A stretch of DNA of 64,000 nt from Pseudomonadota bacterium (GTDB lineage: Bacteria > Bdellovibrionota > FAC87 > UBA2466): the NCBI GenBank assembly GCA_043718025.1, contig JAYSWN010000068.1, positions 74,771 to 138,770 on the forward strand. The letters are read 5' to 3'. Under the pieces are notes generated by a model. It worked only from the letters and a program-made list of their open reading frames with translations. It did not search any database and was not told the origin of the DNA. Numbering within the stretch: position 1 is the first letter of the stretch; the number at the start of each line of letters is the position of its first letter. Made by a program: the position numbers and the translations under genes. Below are positions 49,558 to 59,901 of the stretch, in pieces.

Positions 49558-50367
49558 CTACTTGGCACGCTTACGGGTGGGACGAGGGGCTTGGTTTCGC
49601 GAGTACAAAAATAATCCGGTGGCGGCAAAAGGAATGATGAGCAAAGAGATCATCTGGCCGTAGCTTAACGCACCGTCAAATACGAAGCCCCGGTAAACAT
49701 CGCCGCGAAAAACTTCGACCGTAAAGCGCAAAATTGAATAAAAAATCAGCCCGTGGAAAAAGATCTGGCCGTCGTATTTGCGTTTATCCATTCGGTAATT
49801 CAAATAGAGATAAAGCAAAAACGCTCCGAACGCCTCATAGAGCTGCGACGGATGGAGCGGAATATTGCGCGCGCTGGTGAAGGCTTCGGGGTGGGTGAAC
49901 TTTACCGCCCACGGCATGTCGCAAATTTTACCCCAACAACAACCCGCCAAAAAACAGCCGACTCGGCCCACGGCAATGCCTAAAGCCGTGGCCGGAGCCG
50001 CAAAATCAACAAAATGCAAAAACCGAATCCGTTGGCTCTGACAGTAAAAATAGATCGCCACAATCGACGCTATAATGGCGCCGTAAAGAGTGTATCCACC
50101 TTCCCATACCGCAAAAATTTTACCGGGGTGTCGTAGGTAGAACGGCAGCTCTTCGAACAGCACGTGAAACATTCTGGCGCCAATGATTGAGGCGAACACG
50201 ATCCACAAGAAAAGGCGTTCGATGTGTTTGGGATCATCGCCAATCTTAATCGCTCGACGAAGCGCATCAAAGTAGGCAAGGGTGAAGGCCAGGGCCAAAA
50301 ATAGACCGTAAGTGGGAATGCGAATGGCGTGGCCGTTTAAATGGGCATCAATGAGGTAGGGGAGCAC
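49558..50367 (-). CDS. lgt: Prolipoprotein diacylglyceryl transferase
   Basis: IGARMFHV, GRVGCFLAGCCWG, HPSQLYE and RFTVEVFRGD motifs. Start set at GTG 50367 with AGGAG RBS. Confidence 0.95.
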   Translation of the reverse strand: MLPYLIDAHLNGHAIRIPTYGLFLALAFTLAYFDALRRAIKIGDDPKHIERLFLWIVFASIIGARMFHVLFEELPFYLRHPGKIFAVWEGGYTLYGAIIASIVAIYFYCQSQRIRFLHFVDFAAPATALGIAVGRVGCFLAGCCWGKICDMPWAVKFTHPEAFTSARNIPLHPSQLYEAFGAFLLYLYLNYRMDKRKYDGQIFFHGLIFYSILRFTVEVFRGDVYRGFVFDGALSYGQMISLLIIPFAATGLFLYSRNQAPRPTRKRAK

Positions 50368-51991
50368 GCATTTTTCTCCTGAAGGTGAGCACCGTCGCCA
50401 GAACGAAAGCGGCACACAGGGCAACGAACCATTCACCCCACCTTAAGTATAACGTGACCGGAGGCGGTTGAAGCGGAAGATCGATGTTTTCGACCAAGAA
50501 CCCCTGTTCCCATATGCCCGTACTACGGCTCATTCTGCCTAACCTATCGACAAAGAGGGAGATGCCGGTGTTGGTGACGCGCATTTGCGGAATTCGACTC
50601 TCCACCGAACGAAACGTGGACAACGCCGCGTGATGTTCTGGCTCGGTGGTGGGACCAAACCAGCTATCGTTGGTGAGGTTCACGACCCCCATCACGCCGG
50701 GGGCCACGGTCTTTCTAAAAAAATCGGGCAGAATGGCCTCGTAGCATATGGTGACCCCGAGCCGAATTTGGTTTGGAAGAGTAAAAAAATTTTGCTCGGT
50801 GCCCCGGGCAAAATCGGCCACCTGGGGAAACCATCGGTAAATTGCTGGAAACGTTTCGCCCAATGGAAAGTACTCACCAAACGCCAGTAGTACATTCTTG
50901 CGGTAAATCTCGGTGTAGGAGTCAGCGAGCAAGCCAATTTTTTTAGCCTCAAGTTTTAACGTCGGAGAAAGCAGGAACGCTGCATTGTATTCACGTGACG
51001 GATGATCAGGGTGAGAGGAATAGGCACCGGTAAGAAGCGAGGTGCCAATTTCTTTCGAGAAATTATAGATCTCGGTCGCCAGCGCCGACGGGCGATCGAG
51101 CTGAATCGGCATCGCCGTTTCAGGCCAGAGCACCAGATCGGGCTTAGATCCTGAAGCAATTGCTGCCACGGTGAGCTCTTTGTATTTATCGATTACGTAA
51201 CGCACCTTGGGGTAGTACCCTTTTTTCGATTCCACTTTTTCAAGGGAACCGATATTGGCCTGAATCAGGGCGACGCGGAGTTTTTTGCTTTCCGGCGGTT
51301 TTTCTGCCACCCGTGCGATTCCAAATCCCAAGGTGAATACGAGCAAAATCCAAGGGAGACTGAAGAAAGGCCAGGAGATCGGAAGCGCCCTTTTATTTTT
51401 GTAGAGTAACATCACGAAGGCACCGGCAAAACTCATCGCTAGAAAAGAAAGTGAGAGGGCCCCCGTGAGTTCGCTGATTTGGGTCAACAGCGTCAGCCAG
51501 TAAAGCGAGTGGCCGATGTAGACCGGAAACAGTTTGGGCACCAGCCATTCGATCACTACGAAAGCGGCGGGAACCACCACGACCAGCCAAAAGCCTCGCC
51601 AAGTGGCACTTAGCGATTCAATTCGGTAGCGTCGACTGAAGTAGGTTGTGAATAAACTAAATACCGAGAAGTTCAGCGCGCCGAAACCGCAAAAAATCAG
51701 GAAAATTAGGGTCGAGATCCAGTAAGGCAGATAACCGAAAACGTGGATGGTGTAGATCATCCAGAAAAAACCCAAGCTATTCATCAAGAAAGAGACGGTA
51801 AATCCTACCCAAAAGGAGCGGCGTAGATCTTTGGCGATGAGGCTCGCCCAAAGCAACAAGGTGGTGTGAACCAACAGCAATGGGGCAATGTGAAAAGGAG
51901 TGAAGGCCAGCACCAGGCAAAAGCCTGAGATCATGGCCAACCAAATTTCAGGTTTTAAATTTTTTCGTGACACTCGCGCTGTATCTTTCAA
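50348..51991 (-). CDS. lnt: Apolipoprotein N-acyltransferase
   Basis: QANI, WPETA, K..LLAFGEYFP, ICYE, NDSWF and TNTGIS motifs. Confidence 0.95.
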   Translation of the reverse strand: MKDTARVSRKNLKPEIWLAMISGFCLVLAFTPFHIAPLLLVHTTLLLWASLIAKDLRRSFWVGFTVSFLMNSLGFFWMIYTIHVFGYLPYWISTLIFLIFCGFGALNFSVFSLFTTYFSRRYRIESLSATWRGFWLVVVVPAAFVVIEWLVPKLFPVYIGHSLYWLTLLTQISELTGALSLSFLAMSFAGAFVMLLYKNKRALPISWPFFSLPWILLVFTLGFGIARVAEKPPESKKLRVALIQANIGSLEKVESKKGYYPKVRYVIDKYKELTVAAIASGSKPDLVLWPETAMPIQLDRPSALATEIYNFSKEIGTSLLTGAYSSHPDHPSREYNAAFLLSPTLKLEAKKIGLLADSYTEIYRKNVLLAFGEYFPLGETFPAIYRWFPQVADFARGTEQNFFTLPNQIRLGVTICYEAILPDFFRKTVAPGVMGVVNLTNDSWFGPTTEPEHHAALSTFRSVESRIPQMRVTNTGISLFVDRLGRMSRSTGIWEQGFLVENIDLPLQPPPVTLYLRWGEWFVALCAAFVLATVLTFRRKMRAPLPH

Positions 51992-52409
51992 ATAGCTTGG
52001 TGAATTCTTTGGTAGCTAAGGCGCTGGCCATGGATTTTAACAACGCCGGTACGGGCAGCTCTACCTCAAGCTTAGCGCGAAATTCCACCTGGCAAGCGTG
52101 AGTCTCTTTGAAGGTCCATTGGGCATGGAGCTGGCCCATTCCGCCGCCGGCATCAGGGAAGGCTTCAATGCTTTTGCCGGGCTCGATTTTAAATTTTGTA
52201 GAAAATTTGAAATCGAGAGAGTAGCCGGAATAGGCGATCGGCTCGAATTGCCACAGGAAAGTGTCGGGGCCATTTTTTTTCACGGCCTGCAGACCAGGAA
52301 AGTGCGCCGGTAGGGCCACTTCAACGTTTTGAAAGTAGGCAAAGACCTCCGTAGCGCTCTGCGAAAAGCTCCAAATGGTGTGATAAGGAATTTCTACTTT
52401 TACCGCCAT
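51948..52409 (-). CDS. SRPBCC/CoxG-like (START fold) protein
   Basis: Size and pattern consistent with the fold (HFPGL, beta-rich core, C-terminal helix); overlaps lnt. Confidence 0.6.
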   Translation of the reverse strand: MAVKVEIPYHTIWSFSQSATEVFAYFQNVEVALPAHFPGLQAVKKNGPDTFLWQFEPIAYSGYSLDFKFSTKFKIEPGKSIEAFPDAGGGMGQLHAQWTFKETHACQVEFRAKLEVELPVPALLKSMASALATKEFTKLFERYSASVTKKFKT

Positions 52410-52447
52410 GTGGCTATCCTACTTGGCGGCCGAAGCTAAAGGCAACC

Positions 52448-52762
52448 CTATGAGTTTATTTCGTCTTCATCGGAAAGGGGGGCCTTAGAATGGTGCCGCT
52501 TGCGGCTCGCCACTAGCGAAGTTACCCACCACCAAGGCCCAATCAATAGGTAGCGAGGGCTCTTAAAAAAGGCCGGCGGTTTGCCTTCGAAAGCGTGGCC
52601 GATAAATTGAAGGGCCCAGCCCACAACGAATAGCGCCAGCGCCCACCGCCACGAAAAAAAAAGCGCGCCTAATGAAACCACGATCAGTGGAATGCCAAAA
52701 TTATGACACAGGCGGTTGTAGCGGTTTTGGTGTGAAGCTTTGTAAGTGGCTAACCAGTCCAT
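52448..52762 (-). CDS. DUF962/Mpo1-like membrane protein
   Basis: SHQNRYNRLCH..GIP and QFIGHAFEGKPPAF motifs. Confidence 0.88.
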   Translation of the reverse strand: MDWLATYKASHQNRYNRLCHNFGIPLIVVSLGALFFSWRWALALFVVGWALQFIGHAFEGKPPAFFKSPRYLLIGPWWWVTSLVASRKRHHSKAPLSDEDEINS

Positions 52763-52840
52763 CTCTCACCCCTTAACATTTATCAAGCCTTGGCAGCAAG
52801 GTGACTTGCTCCGCCGCCGGCATATCGTTAGCCTTTTGCG

Positions 52841-54070
52841 ATGAAACAAATTGGAAAAATTTTTGTGCCGGTTGCTTTGGCCCTATTCGCACTCTTTGGC
52901 ATGGGCATGGGGCGCGATAACTTACGACTCTCGGCCGAGGCGAAAAGGATCCATGCCGAAGCGTTGGTTATTGATGGCCACAATGATCTGCCTTGGCAGC
53001 TAAGAGAAATTAACGACCTGGCGCTTGAACAGACCAATCTCAATGAACCGCTGCCTAAGTTTCATACTGATATACCGCGTCTAAAAAAAGGCGGGGTGGG
53101 GGCGCAGTTCTGGTCGGCGTACGTACCGGTAGAAATGGCGGCGAGCGGCACGGCGGTCAAGGCTACCTACGAGCAAATCGAAGTGGTGCACCGAATGGTC
53201 GAAAAATTTCCGGATACTTTTGAGTTCGCCCGTACCGCCGCCGATATTCGCCGAATCAAAGCCAATGGAAAAATTGCGTCGCTGATCGGCGTTGAAGGGG
53301 GGCACTCCATTGGAAACTCTTTGGAAACCCTACGCGATTTTGCAAAAAAAGGGGTGCGCTATCTCACCCTCACCCACTCGGCCAATACACCTTGGGCGGA
53401 TGCCTGTACTGACAAAGAGAAAAATGGCGGCCTCAATGCTTTTGGCGAAAAAGTGATCGAAGAGCTAAACCGCAACGCCATGTTCGTCGACATCTCTCAT
53501 GTCTCGGCAAAGACCATGGCGCATGCGCTGAGAGTGACCAAGGCACCGGTGATAGCGTCGCACTCTTCGGCTTACGCCGTGAAAAAACACGTGCGGAATG
53601 TTTCGGATGAAATTCTGAAAGCCGTGGCCGTTAACGGTGGTGTGGTGATGGTCAATTTTTTTCCCGCTTTCATTGGCCGCGATTCTCGCCCATTGGCGGC
53701 AAGAGAAGCGGGACGTTCGGCAGAGCTCATGAGCCTACCCGGTTTTGTTGGCATGGTTCACGATCACGATCAAGAAATGTGGGATGAATTTGTGGCCACC
53801 GACAGTTTTCCCCGGGCCAACGTGGGAACGGTGGTGGACCACATTGAGCACATCGTGAAGGTGGCCGGCATTGATCACGTGGGGCTGGGTTCAGATTTCG
53901 ATGGGGTTCCCTACATGCCCGAGGGGCTGGAAGACGTCTCTAAATATCCGGCGATCACCGAAGAGCTGCTTAACCGCGGTTATTCTGAAAGCGATATTAA
54001 AAAGATTCTCGGTGAAAATCTACTGCGGGCTTTCGAACAGGTGGCAGCGGTGGCGGCCTCGCTCCGCTAA
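52841..54070 (+). CDS. Exported membrane dipeptidase (peptidase M19)
   Basis: IDGHNDLPW, GVEGGH, TLTH, DISH, SHSS and GSDFDG motifs. Confidence 0.93.
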   Translation: MKQIGKIFVPVALALFALFGMGMGRDNLRLSAEAKRIHAEALVIDGHNDLPWQLREINDLALEQTNLNEPLPKFHTDIPRLKKGGVGAQFWSAYVPVEMAASGTAVKATYEQIEVVHRMVEKFPDTFEFARTAADIRRIKANGKIASLIGVEGGHSIGNSLETLRDFAKKGVRYLTLTHSANTPWADACTDKEKNGGLNAFGEKVIEELNRNAMFVDISHVSAKTMAHALRVTKAPVIASHSSAYAVKKHVRNVSDEILKAVAVNGGVVMVNFFPAFIGRDSRPLAAREAGRSAELMSLPGFVGMVHDHDQEMWDEFVATDSFPRANVGTVVDHIEHIVKVAGIDHVGLGSDFDGVPYMPEGLEDVSKYPAITEELLNRGYSESDIKKILGENLLRAFEQVAAVAASLR

Positions 54071-54239
54071 CGCGTTTACGGACTGAAGCCCTGAAATCAG
54101 ATCTCCCCTAAGCCAGTGCGCGGAGTGTCAAGGAAACGTGGGGCTTTCCGTCGAAGCCATTCTCATGCGATGGTGAATGCGCTTAGCGCCATGAGCCGTT
54201 GAGTGCGCTATACTCTGCTGGCGATGATTCATCTTAAAT

Positions 54240-55484
54240 ATGAATAACAAAATCTTAGGCCTCGCTTTCTTTGTATTGTGTTCGTCTCGAGTTTTGCTTG
54301 GCATGTCGTGGGAGAAATGCGTCGAAGCGGCTAACAGTAAAAATCCCGAGCTGCGCGCAGCCAAAGATAGTTTGCGGGCGGCTGAGCTGGCCGAACGGGC
54401 CGCATACAATGGCTTTTTTCCTTCGGTTTCGGCAGCGCTGAGCTACGATCACGGTACTGCAATCGGAGGCACCGGAGCGGCTTCCACCTACACTGCTTCA
54501 CTCAATGCAAAACAGAATCTATTTTCGGGGCTGGCCGATGCCGGTGCGGTAAAGAAAGCGGGCGGCAACGCGCTCGAGATTCAAGCTAAGATGAAGGCCG
54601 TGCGGTCGCGCGTAAGTTACGATCTTAAAGCGGCCTTTGCCGGAGTCAGTTTTGCAAATAAGAGTCAGGCGCTGTCGGCAGAGATCGTGCAAAGGCGCGA
54701 GGCCAACCGTAAGTTGGTGGACCTGCGTTTTCAGAGTGGCCGTGAGAATAAGGGGTCGGCGTTACTTGCGGGCGCGTACTTAGAACAGGCTCGGTTGGAT
54801 TTGTTACAGGCCACAAACACTCGCGAAACGCAGAAAGCGCTTATGGGCCGGGTGCTGGGCGATGAGCTGGCCCAGGTTCCAGAATTGACCGGAGATCTGC
54901 CCATCACTGAGCCTCCCGATTTGGCGGCCATCGAAAAGCTGGTGACCGAAACTCCCGACTATTTAAAAGTGGTGGCACTGGAACAGCAGGCCGAAGCCAC
55001 GATGGTTATCGCCCGGTCTGGTTTTTTTCCCACCCTAAATTTGACTGGCTCCACCGGTAATTCAGATAACCAATTCTTTCCCGGTAATAATCGTTGGTCG
55101 GTGGGGGCGTCGCTCGTCTTTCCGCTTTTTAATGGCGGTAGAGATTATTACGGCACACGGGCGGCGGCGGCCGACTCTCGTGCCGCAACGCTTGCCCGCG
55201 AAAACGCCATTCGCGTCGGGCGGGCCACGTTGCGCGACGTTTTGGCAAAGTTTCGCGAGGCGGTGCAAAAGCAGAAAGTGGATCAGGCCTTTGCCGAGGC
55301 GACCACGGCGCGATCAAAGATTGCGCGTGAAAAGTACAATAACGGGCTTCTGACTTTCGAAGACTGGGACGTGATCGAAAACGACCTGATCGTGCGCCAG
55401 AGAAATTATTTGCAAAGCCAGCGAGATCGGATAATTGCCGAGGCCGCGTGGGAACAAGCTACGGGTAGAGGAGTTTTTCAATGA
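54240..55484 (+). CDS. TolC-family outer membrane efflux protein
   Basis: Signal peptide; two OEP repeats (NPEL, FFPSV, FFPTL, PLFNGG). Confidence 0.9.
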   Translation: MNNKILGLAFFVLCSSRVLLGMSWEKCVEAANSKNPELRAAKDSLRAAELAERAAYNGFFPSVSAALSYDHGTAIGGTGAASTYTASLNAKQNLFSGLADAGAVKKAGGNALEIQAKMKAVRSRVSYDLKAAFAGVSFANKSQALSAEIVQRREANRKLVDLRFQSGRENKGSALLAGAYLEQARLDLLQATNTRETQKALMGRVLGDELAQVPELTGDLPITEPPDLAAIEKLVTETPDYLKVVALEQQAEATMVIARSGFFPTLNLTGSTGNSDNQFFPGNNRWSVGASLVFPLFNGGRDYYGTRAAAADSRAATLARENAIRVGRATLRDVLAKFREAVQKQKVDQAFAEATTARSKIAREKYNNGLLTFEDWDVIENDLIVRQRNYLQSQRDRIIAEAAWEQATGRGVFQ

Positions 55485-56449
55485 ATGCCGGGACAACTAG
55501 AAAGAAAAAGATAGCGGTCGTGGTGTTGCTCGCCCTACTGGTGATCATTCCCGTGGTCAGGTTTTTAACGAAGGGGAGCGATACGCCGTCCGTTCGTGAG
55601 CACATTGTAAAAAAGGGCGATATTGAAATCACCGTTTTGGCCACCGGGGTGGTGGAGCCCGAAAACCGAGTGGCGATCAAACCTCCGATTAATGGACGGG
55701 TAGAGCGCATTTTAGTGAAAGAAGGCGACAGAGTTAGAAAAGGACAAATTTTGGCCTATATGAGCTCGACCGAGCGCGCGGCCCTACTCGACGCCGCCCG
55801 GGCAAAGGGAGCGGAGGAGGTGAAAACTTGGGAGGACATGTACAAGCCAACTCCGATTGTCGCGCCGATTTCGGGCACGATTATCCAGCGAAATTTGGAG
55901 TCCGGACAGAGCTTTACCTCGGCGGATGCGGTGCTGGTAATGTCAGACCGGCTCACCGTGAAAGCTCAGGTCGATGAAACCGACATTGCCAGCATTAAGG
56001 TAAAGCAAACAGCGCTGATCACCCTCGACGCCTACTCTGCCCAGCCCTTGCAGGCGGTGGTGCAACAGATTGCGTTTGATGCCAAGACCGTAAACAACGT
56101 GACCACTTACGAAATCGACGTGCTGCCCGTGGAAACTCCAGAATTCATGAGGAGCGGGATGACCGCCAACGTAGTTTTTGACATACGGGCTACCCGCGCT
56201 GTGTTGGTGGTTCCTAATTCTGCGGTACGGAGTAAAGACGGGGCCGTTTTTATTACCGTGAGAGAAAAAGGCAAGGACGTGGAACGTGCGGTAACCATTG
56301 GGGCCGGCGACAACAAATTCGCCGAAGTGGTTTCAGGACTGCAGGAGAACGAGATTGTAATGGTTCCAGAGTATCGCGTTGGTGATGGTAAAAAATCTCG
56401 TGGCGGACCCTTTGCTCCCCCGGGCAATCGTCGGGCTAGAGGGCATTAA
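55481..56449 (+). CDS. macA: MacA-like periplasmic adaptor subunit
   Basis: N-terminal TM, GDRVRKGQIL, APISGTI, VDETDI and RSGMTA motifs. Confidence 0.85.
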   Translation: MNAGTTRKKKIAVVVLLALLVIIPVVRFLTKGSDTPSVREHIVKKGDIEITVLATGVVEPENRVAIKPPINGRVERILVKEGDRVRKGQILAYMSSTERAALLDAARAKGAEEVKTWEDMYKPTPIVAPISGTIIQRNLESGQSFTSADAVLVMSDRLTVKAQVDETDIASIKVKQTALITLDAYSAQPLQAVVQQIAFDAKTVNNVTTYEIDVLPVETPEFMRSGMTANVVFDIRATRAVLVVPNSAVRSKDGAVFITVREKGKDVERAVTIGAGDNKFAEVVSGLQENEIVMVPEYRVGDGKKSRGGPFAPPGNRRARGH

Positions 56450-56450
56450 A

Positions 56451-58403
56451 ATGATCCAGCTTCGTGATATTCGCAAAACCTACCGCATGGGAGATAGCGA
56501 AGTTCACGCCTTAGACGGGGTTAGTTTCCACATTGAGAATGGTGATTACGTTGCGATCATGGGCCCGTCCGGATCGGGTAAATCTACTTTAATGCACGTG
56601 TTGGGATTGCTCGATGTGCCGAGCTCAGGCTCTTACCTCATTGACGGAAGTGAGGTAGCTCAGCTTTCCGAAGACGAGCTTGCGGTTTTACGTCGAGGTG
56701 CCATTGGTTTTATTTTTCAGCAGTTTAATCTGTTGCCGCGCTTGACCGCCGCTGAAAACGTGGCGCTGCCGCTACTCTATTCCCAGAATACGGTAGATCT
56801 TAAGTTAGCCGAGACACTCTTAAATCGCGTTGGACTCGGCCGGCGCGTTGGTCATCGCCCCAATGAGCTCTCCGGTGGTCAGCAACAGAGAGTGGCCATT
56901 GCGCGATCGCTGGTCAATAAACCACTCATGATCTTGGCTGACGAACCAACCGGTAATTTAGATTCCACCAGTGCGGTGGAGATACTAAATATTTTAAGAG
57001 AGTTGAATGAGCAGGGAATTACCATCGTGGTGGTCACCCATGAAGAGAACGTGGGACGACAAGCCAAGCGGCTGATCCGAATGCGGGACGGGATGATTCA
57101 GTCCGACGAGCGCATCGCCCCAATCGTAAAACGAGAGGCACAATTAGGGGGCATGAATCGAGTTGCAAAAAGTGATGGCGCTCTAAGCGAAACGCTCGAA
57201 TATTTTCGCCAGGGTTTTAAAACGTTACTCGGCAATAAGGTACGCACTGGCCTTTCGATGTTGGGCATTTTAATCGGTGTGGCCGCGGTGGTGGCGATGC
57301 TCGCTATCGGACGTGGCGCCCAAAAAGACATCGAAGCCAGTCTATCTTCGTTGGGATCTAATCTGTTGATTTTACGACCGGGTGCCATTCGCCGTTCGGG
57401 CGTTAGTCAAGAGAGCGGCGGCACCACTCGCCTAACCTTGGATGATGCCGAAAAGCTGGCCGCAACTATCACTTCGGTTCGCCAAATAAGCCCATCGGTG
57501 CAGGGGCGAGCGCAGGTGGCGTTCGGAAATAAGAACTGGAGCACGCAAGTTCAAGGTGTGACTCCAGCTTACGAAAAAATGCGCGCCTCCACTCCCACGG
57601 CCGGCCGGTTTTTTACCGTGGAAGAGAGTCAGAAGCGAAGCCGGTTGGCGCTAGTCGGCACCACCGTGGTGCGCGAGCTTTTTGGCACCGCCGATCCGGT
57701 GGGTGAAATGATCAAGGTCAACAAGATCAGTTTTCAGGTGATTGGGGTACTGCCCGAAAAAGGCAGCGGGGGCATGCGCGACCAAGACGATACGGTGGTC
57801 ATTCCCTTAGGCACGGCAATGTATCGGGTGTTGGGAAAAGCCTACGTCGACTCGATCGAAATGGAGATCAAAGACCCTTCACTAATGGATGCCGCGCAGG
57901 AGGAAATTTTAGATTTAATGTACGCCAAGCACCGGGTTGCGCCGTCGCAGCAAGCCCAAGCTTTTGAGCTGCGCAATCTCGCCGATATTCAGGCGGCATT
58001 GACCCAAACCAGCAACACACTAGCGCTACTGCTCGCGGCCATTGCCGCGATTTCCCTTTTAGTCGGTGGCATCGGCATTATGAACATTATGTTGGTTTCG
58101 GTTACCGAGCGTACGAAAGAGATTGGTCTGCGTAAAGCCATCGGCGCGCGTCGGCGCGACATTCTGCTTCAGTTCTTGGCCGAGGCAGTGGTGGTAAGTG
58201 TCATCGGTGGTCTGTTTGGGATTTTGTTGGGATGGTTGATTACCATTTTGGTGACGAGCATTGCGGGCTGGTCGACCTCGGTTTCAGTTGGCTCAGTGAT
58301 TCTGGCGTTTGTTTTCTCGGCGGCGATAGGAATTATCTTTGGCATTTATCCGGCTAGAAAAGCGTCGGCCCTTCATCCCATTCAAGCGCTGCGATTCGAA
58401 TGA
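56451..58403 (+). CDS. macB: MacB-type fused ABC ATPase/permease
   Basis: GPSGSGKS, LSGGQQQRV, ADEPTGNLD and GGIGIMNIMLVSVTERTKEIG motifs. Start set at ATG 56451. Confidence 0.92.
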   Translation: MIQLRDIRKTYRMGDSEVHALDGVSFHIENGDYVAIMGPSGSGKSTLMHVLGLLDVPSSGSYLIDGSEVAQLSEDELAVLRRGAIGFIFQQFNLLPRLTAAENVALPLLYSQNTVDLKLAETLLNRVGLGRRVGHRPNELSGGQQQRVAIARSLVNKPLMILADEPTGNLDSTSAVEILNILRELNEQGITIVVVTHEENVGRQAKRLIRMRDGMIQSDERIAPIVKREAQLGGMNRVAKSDGALSETLEYFRQGFKTLLGNKVRTGLSMLGILIGVAAVVAMLAIGRGAQKDIEASLSSLGSNLLILRPGAIRRSGVSQESGGTTRLTLDDAEKLAATITSVRQISPSVQGRAQVAFGNKNWSTQVQGVTPAYEKMRASTPTAGRFFTVEESQKRSRLALVGTTVVRELFGTADPVGEMIKVNKISFQVIGVLPEKGSGGMRDQDDTVVIPLGTAMYRVLGKAYVDSIEMEIKDPSLMDAAQEEILDLMYAKHRVAPSQQAQAFELRNLADIQAALTQTSNTLALLLAAIAAISLLVGGIGIMNIMLVSVTERTKEIGLRKAIGARRRDILLQFLAEAVVVSVIGGLFGILLGWLITILVTSIAGWSTSVSVGSVILAFVFSAAIGIIFGIYPARKASALHPIQALRFE

Positions 58404-58467
58404 GAAAAGCAAAGTTGGTGAGGCAATCAAAAGTAGGGTCGGTGAAACAATTCACGTTACCCGAAGT

Positions 58468-59082
58468 CTACTCTTCCTGCTTTCCGCACCTGCGAAATCT
58501 GAGGCGGTAGTGCTGTTTAAGTCGACCATCGGTGGAGTCGACCGTGAGTAATGCGCGACTTTTCCCCCCGCTTCGCACAATAATTGCGGTATCGATGGTG
58601 AGGGGTAACGGCTTTTTGCAGTTCTGCCAGGGGTGGTCTTCTTTTCCCACTGAGTTGCGCACCATGTAGTCATTGACGAACGGCCCGGTGAATTCGCTCT
58701 TTAATACCGGCCCGCGGTCTTTGAAGTAGAGGTTGCTTCTTTGTTCACCCACCGCGCCTTTTTCGATATTTGCGAAACCTCTAAAATCGACTTGTGCCAC
58801 TGTGTAGGACCAACCGGGCGGTATTCGCAGGTCGGCAATAATGCGGCACTCTTTCTTTGCTCGTTTTACTTCGACGTTCGGACCGGCTTCCACCGTGTAT
58901 TGGTCGAACAGTAGAGTGAAGGTGTTTTCGTCGTCAGAGATAATGTCGACTACCGATCCTAATGGGCAGCCGCTGCCAGCGTAAGAAATTTTATTCAACC
59001 TCACCTCCCCCGGCTTGGGCCGGTCCGCTTGTGCAGACAGACCCAAGAACAGGGTTAGCTGGAGCATCCTTATTACCGACAT
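58468..59082 (-). CDS. Secreted DUF4360 family protein (copy 2)
   Basis: YAGSGCPLGS, FTLLFDQY, C...L..P.GWS and DFRGFA motifs. Start set at ATG 59082 (59067 is an alternative). Confidence 0.85.
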   Translation of the reverse strand: MSVIRMLQLTLFLGLSAQADRPKPGEVRLNKISYAGSGCPLGSVVDIISDDENTFTLLFDQYTVEAGPNVEVKRAKKECRIIADLRIPPGWSYTVAQVDFRGFANIEKGAVGEQRSNLYFKDRGPVLKSEFTGPFVNDYMVRNSVGKEDHPWQNCKKPLPLTIDTAIIVRSGGKSRALLTVDSTDGRLKQHYRLRFRRCGKQEE

Positions 59083-59750
59083 CGTTGCCATTGCAGTCCG
59101 TATTGATGAGTGAGTTGCCCATCCACCGAGTCGAGGGTCATCAGCGCCTGCTGGCGGCCCGAAGTAATTACTCTGACTTGGGTGTTTAAGTTTAGGGCCC
59201 GGTTTACTCCGCACGGCGACCAGACGGTGGCGGCTAAGCCCAAGCTGTCGCGAATGCGGTAGTCATTGGTGTAGGGCCCGCGAAAATTCGACTGCATCGA
59301 GGCCGTCTTTGGTTGGCCGGCGAAGTAGTACGACGTTTTTTGCGTTCCCACCGCCCCAAAATCAACGTTGGCGTAGCCACGGTAATCGACCTGAAAGATC
59401 GTAAACGACCAACCTTGGGGGAACTTCATGTCGACGGCGATCTGGCAGTTTTTTCTTCCCGCGCTTAAAGGAATTCCCGGGCCGCCTTCGGCCACGTAAG
59501 AATCAAAGAGCAGGGTGAATGCCTTTGCGTCGTCGGACAGGACATTGGCCACCGTGCCCGCCGGGCAACCGGTGCCGGCGTAGCTGATTGATTTGATATG
59601 AACCTCCCTTGGATCGGGACTACTGGCTAATGAACTTTCTGCAGACATCTCGCTGAGATCGGGAAACAGTTCGAAGCTATGTGCGCTTGAAACGGCGGGC
59701 GCGAAGGCTATCGCGGCGCCACCAAGCCAGGTGAGTGCCCTTTTTTTCAT
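59073..59750 (-). CDS. Secreted DUF4360 family protein (copy 1)
   Basis: YAGTGCPAGT, RKNCQI, DYRGYA, WSPCG and LQWQRC motifs; ATG 59750 with AGGGG RBS. Confidence 0.9.
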   Translation of the reverse strand: MKKRALTWLGGAAIAFAPAVSSAHSFELFPDLSEMSAESSLASSPDPREVHIKSISYAGTGCPAGTVANVLSDDAKAFTLLFDSYVAEGGPGIPLSAGRKNCQIAVDMKFPQGWSFTIFQVDYRGYANVDFGAVGTQKTSYYFAGQPKTASMQSNFRGPYTNDYRIRDSLGLAATVWSPCGVNRALNLNTQVRVITSGRQQALMTLDSVDGQLTHQYGLQWQRCR

Positions 59751-59834
59751 GGAATCCCCTTTGAATTTTGGTTTTTTTTGCGACGACAAAAGCGGGAGCG
59801 ACTTCCGAAGAGAACGGGGTCAACTAGAGGCGAA

Positions 59835-59849
59835 GCAAGCCGCGTGCCA
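59835..59849 (-). promoter_or_regulatory. Sigma54 (-24/-12) promoter of the DUF4360 pair
   Basis: TGGCACGCGGCTTGC on the minus strand, matching the TGGCACG-N4-TTGC consensus. Confidence 0.8.
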
Positions 59850-59901
59850 GTGAGGTTGGGCGCGCAATTTAGCGAGAGCAGGAAAAACGGATTGATTGCG
59901 C

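Noticed and set aside
54071..54239. Possible riboswitch or sRNA upstream of tolC
   Set aside because: No recognisable aptamer consensus or strong terminator; only a TATACT -10-like box.
59083..59214. Long N-terminal extension of the second DUF4360 ORF
   Set aside because: It overlaps the first DUF4360 gene out of frame; a start at 59082 or 59067 gives a normal signal peptide.
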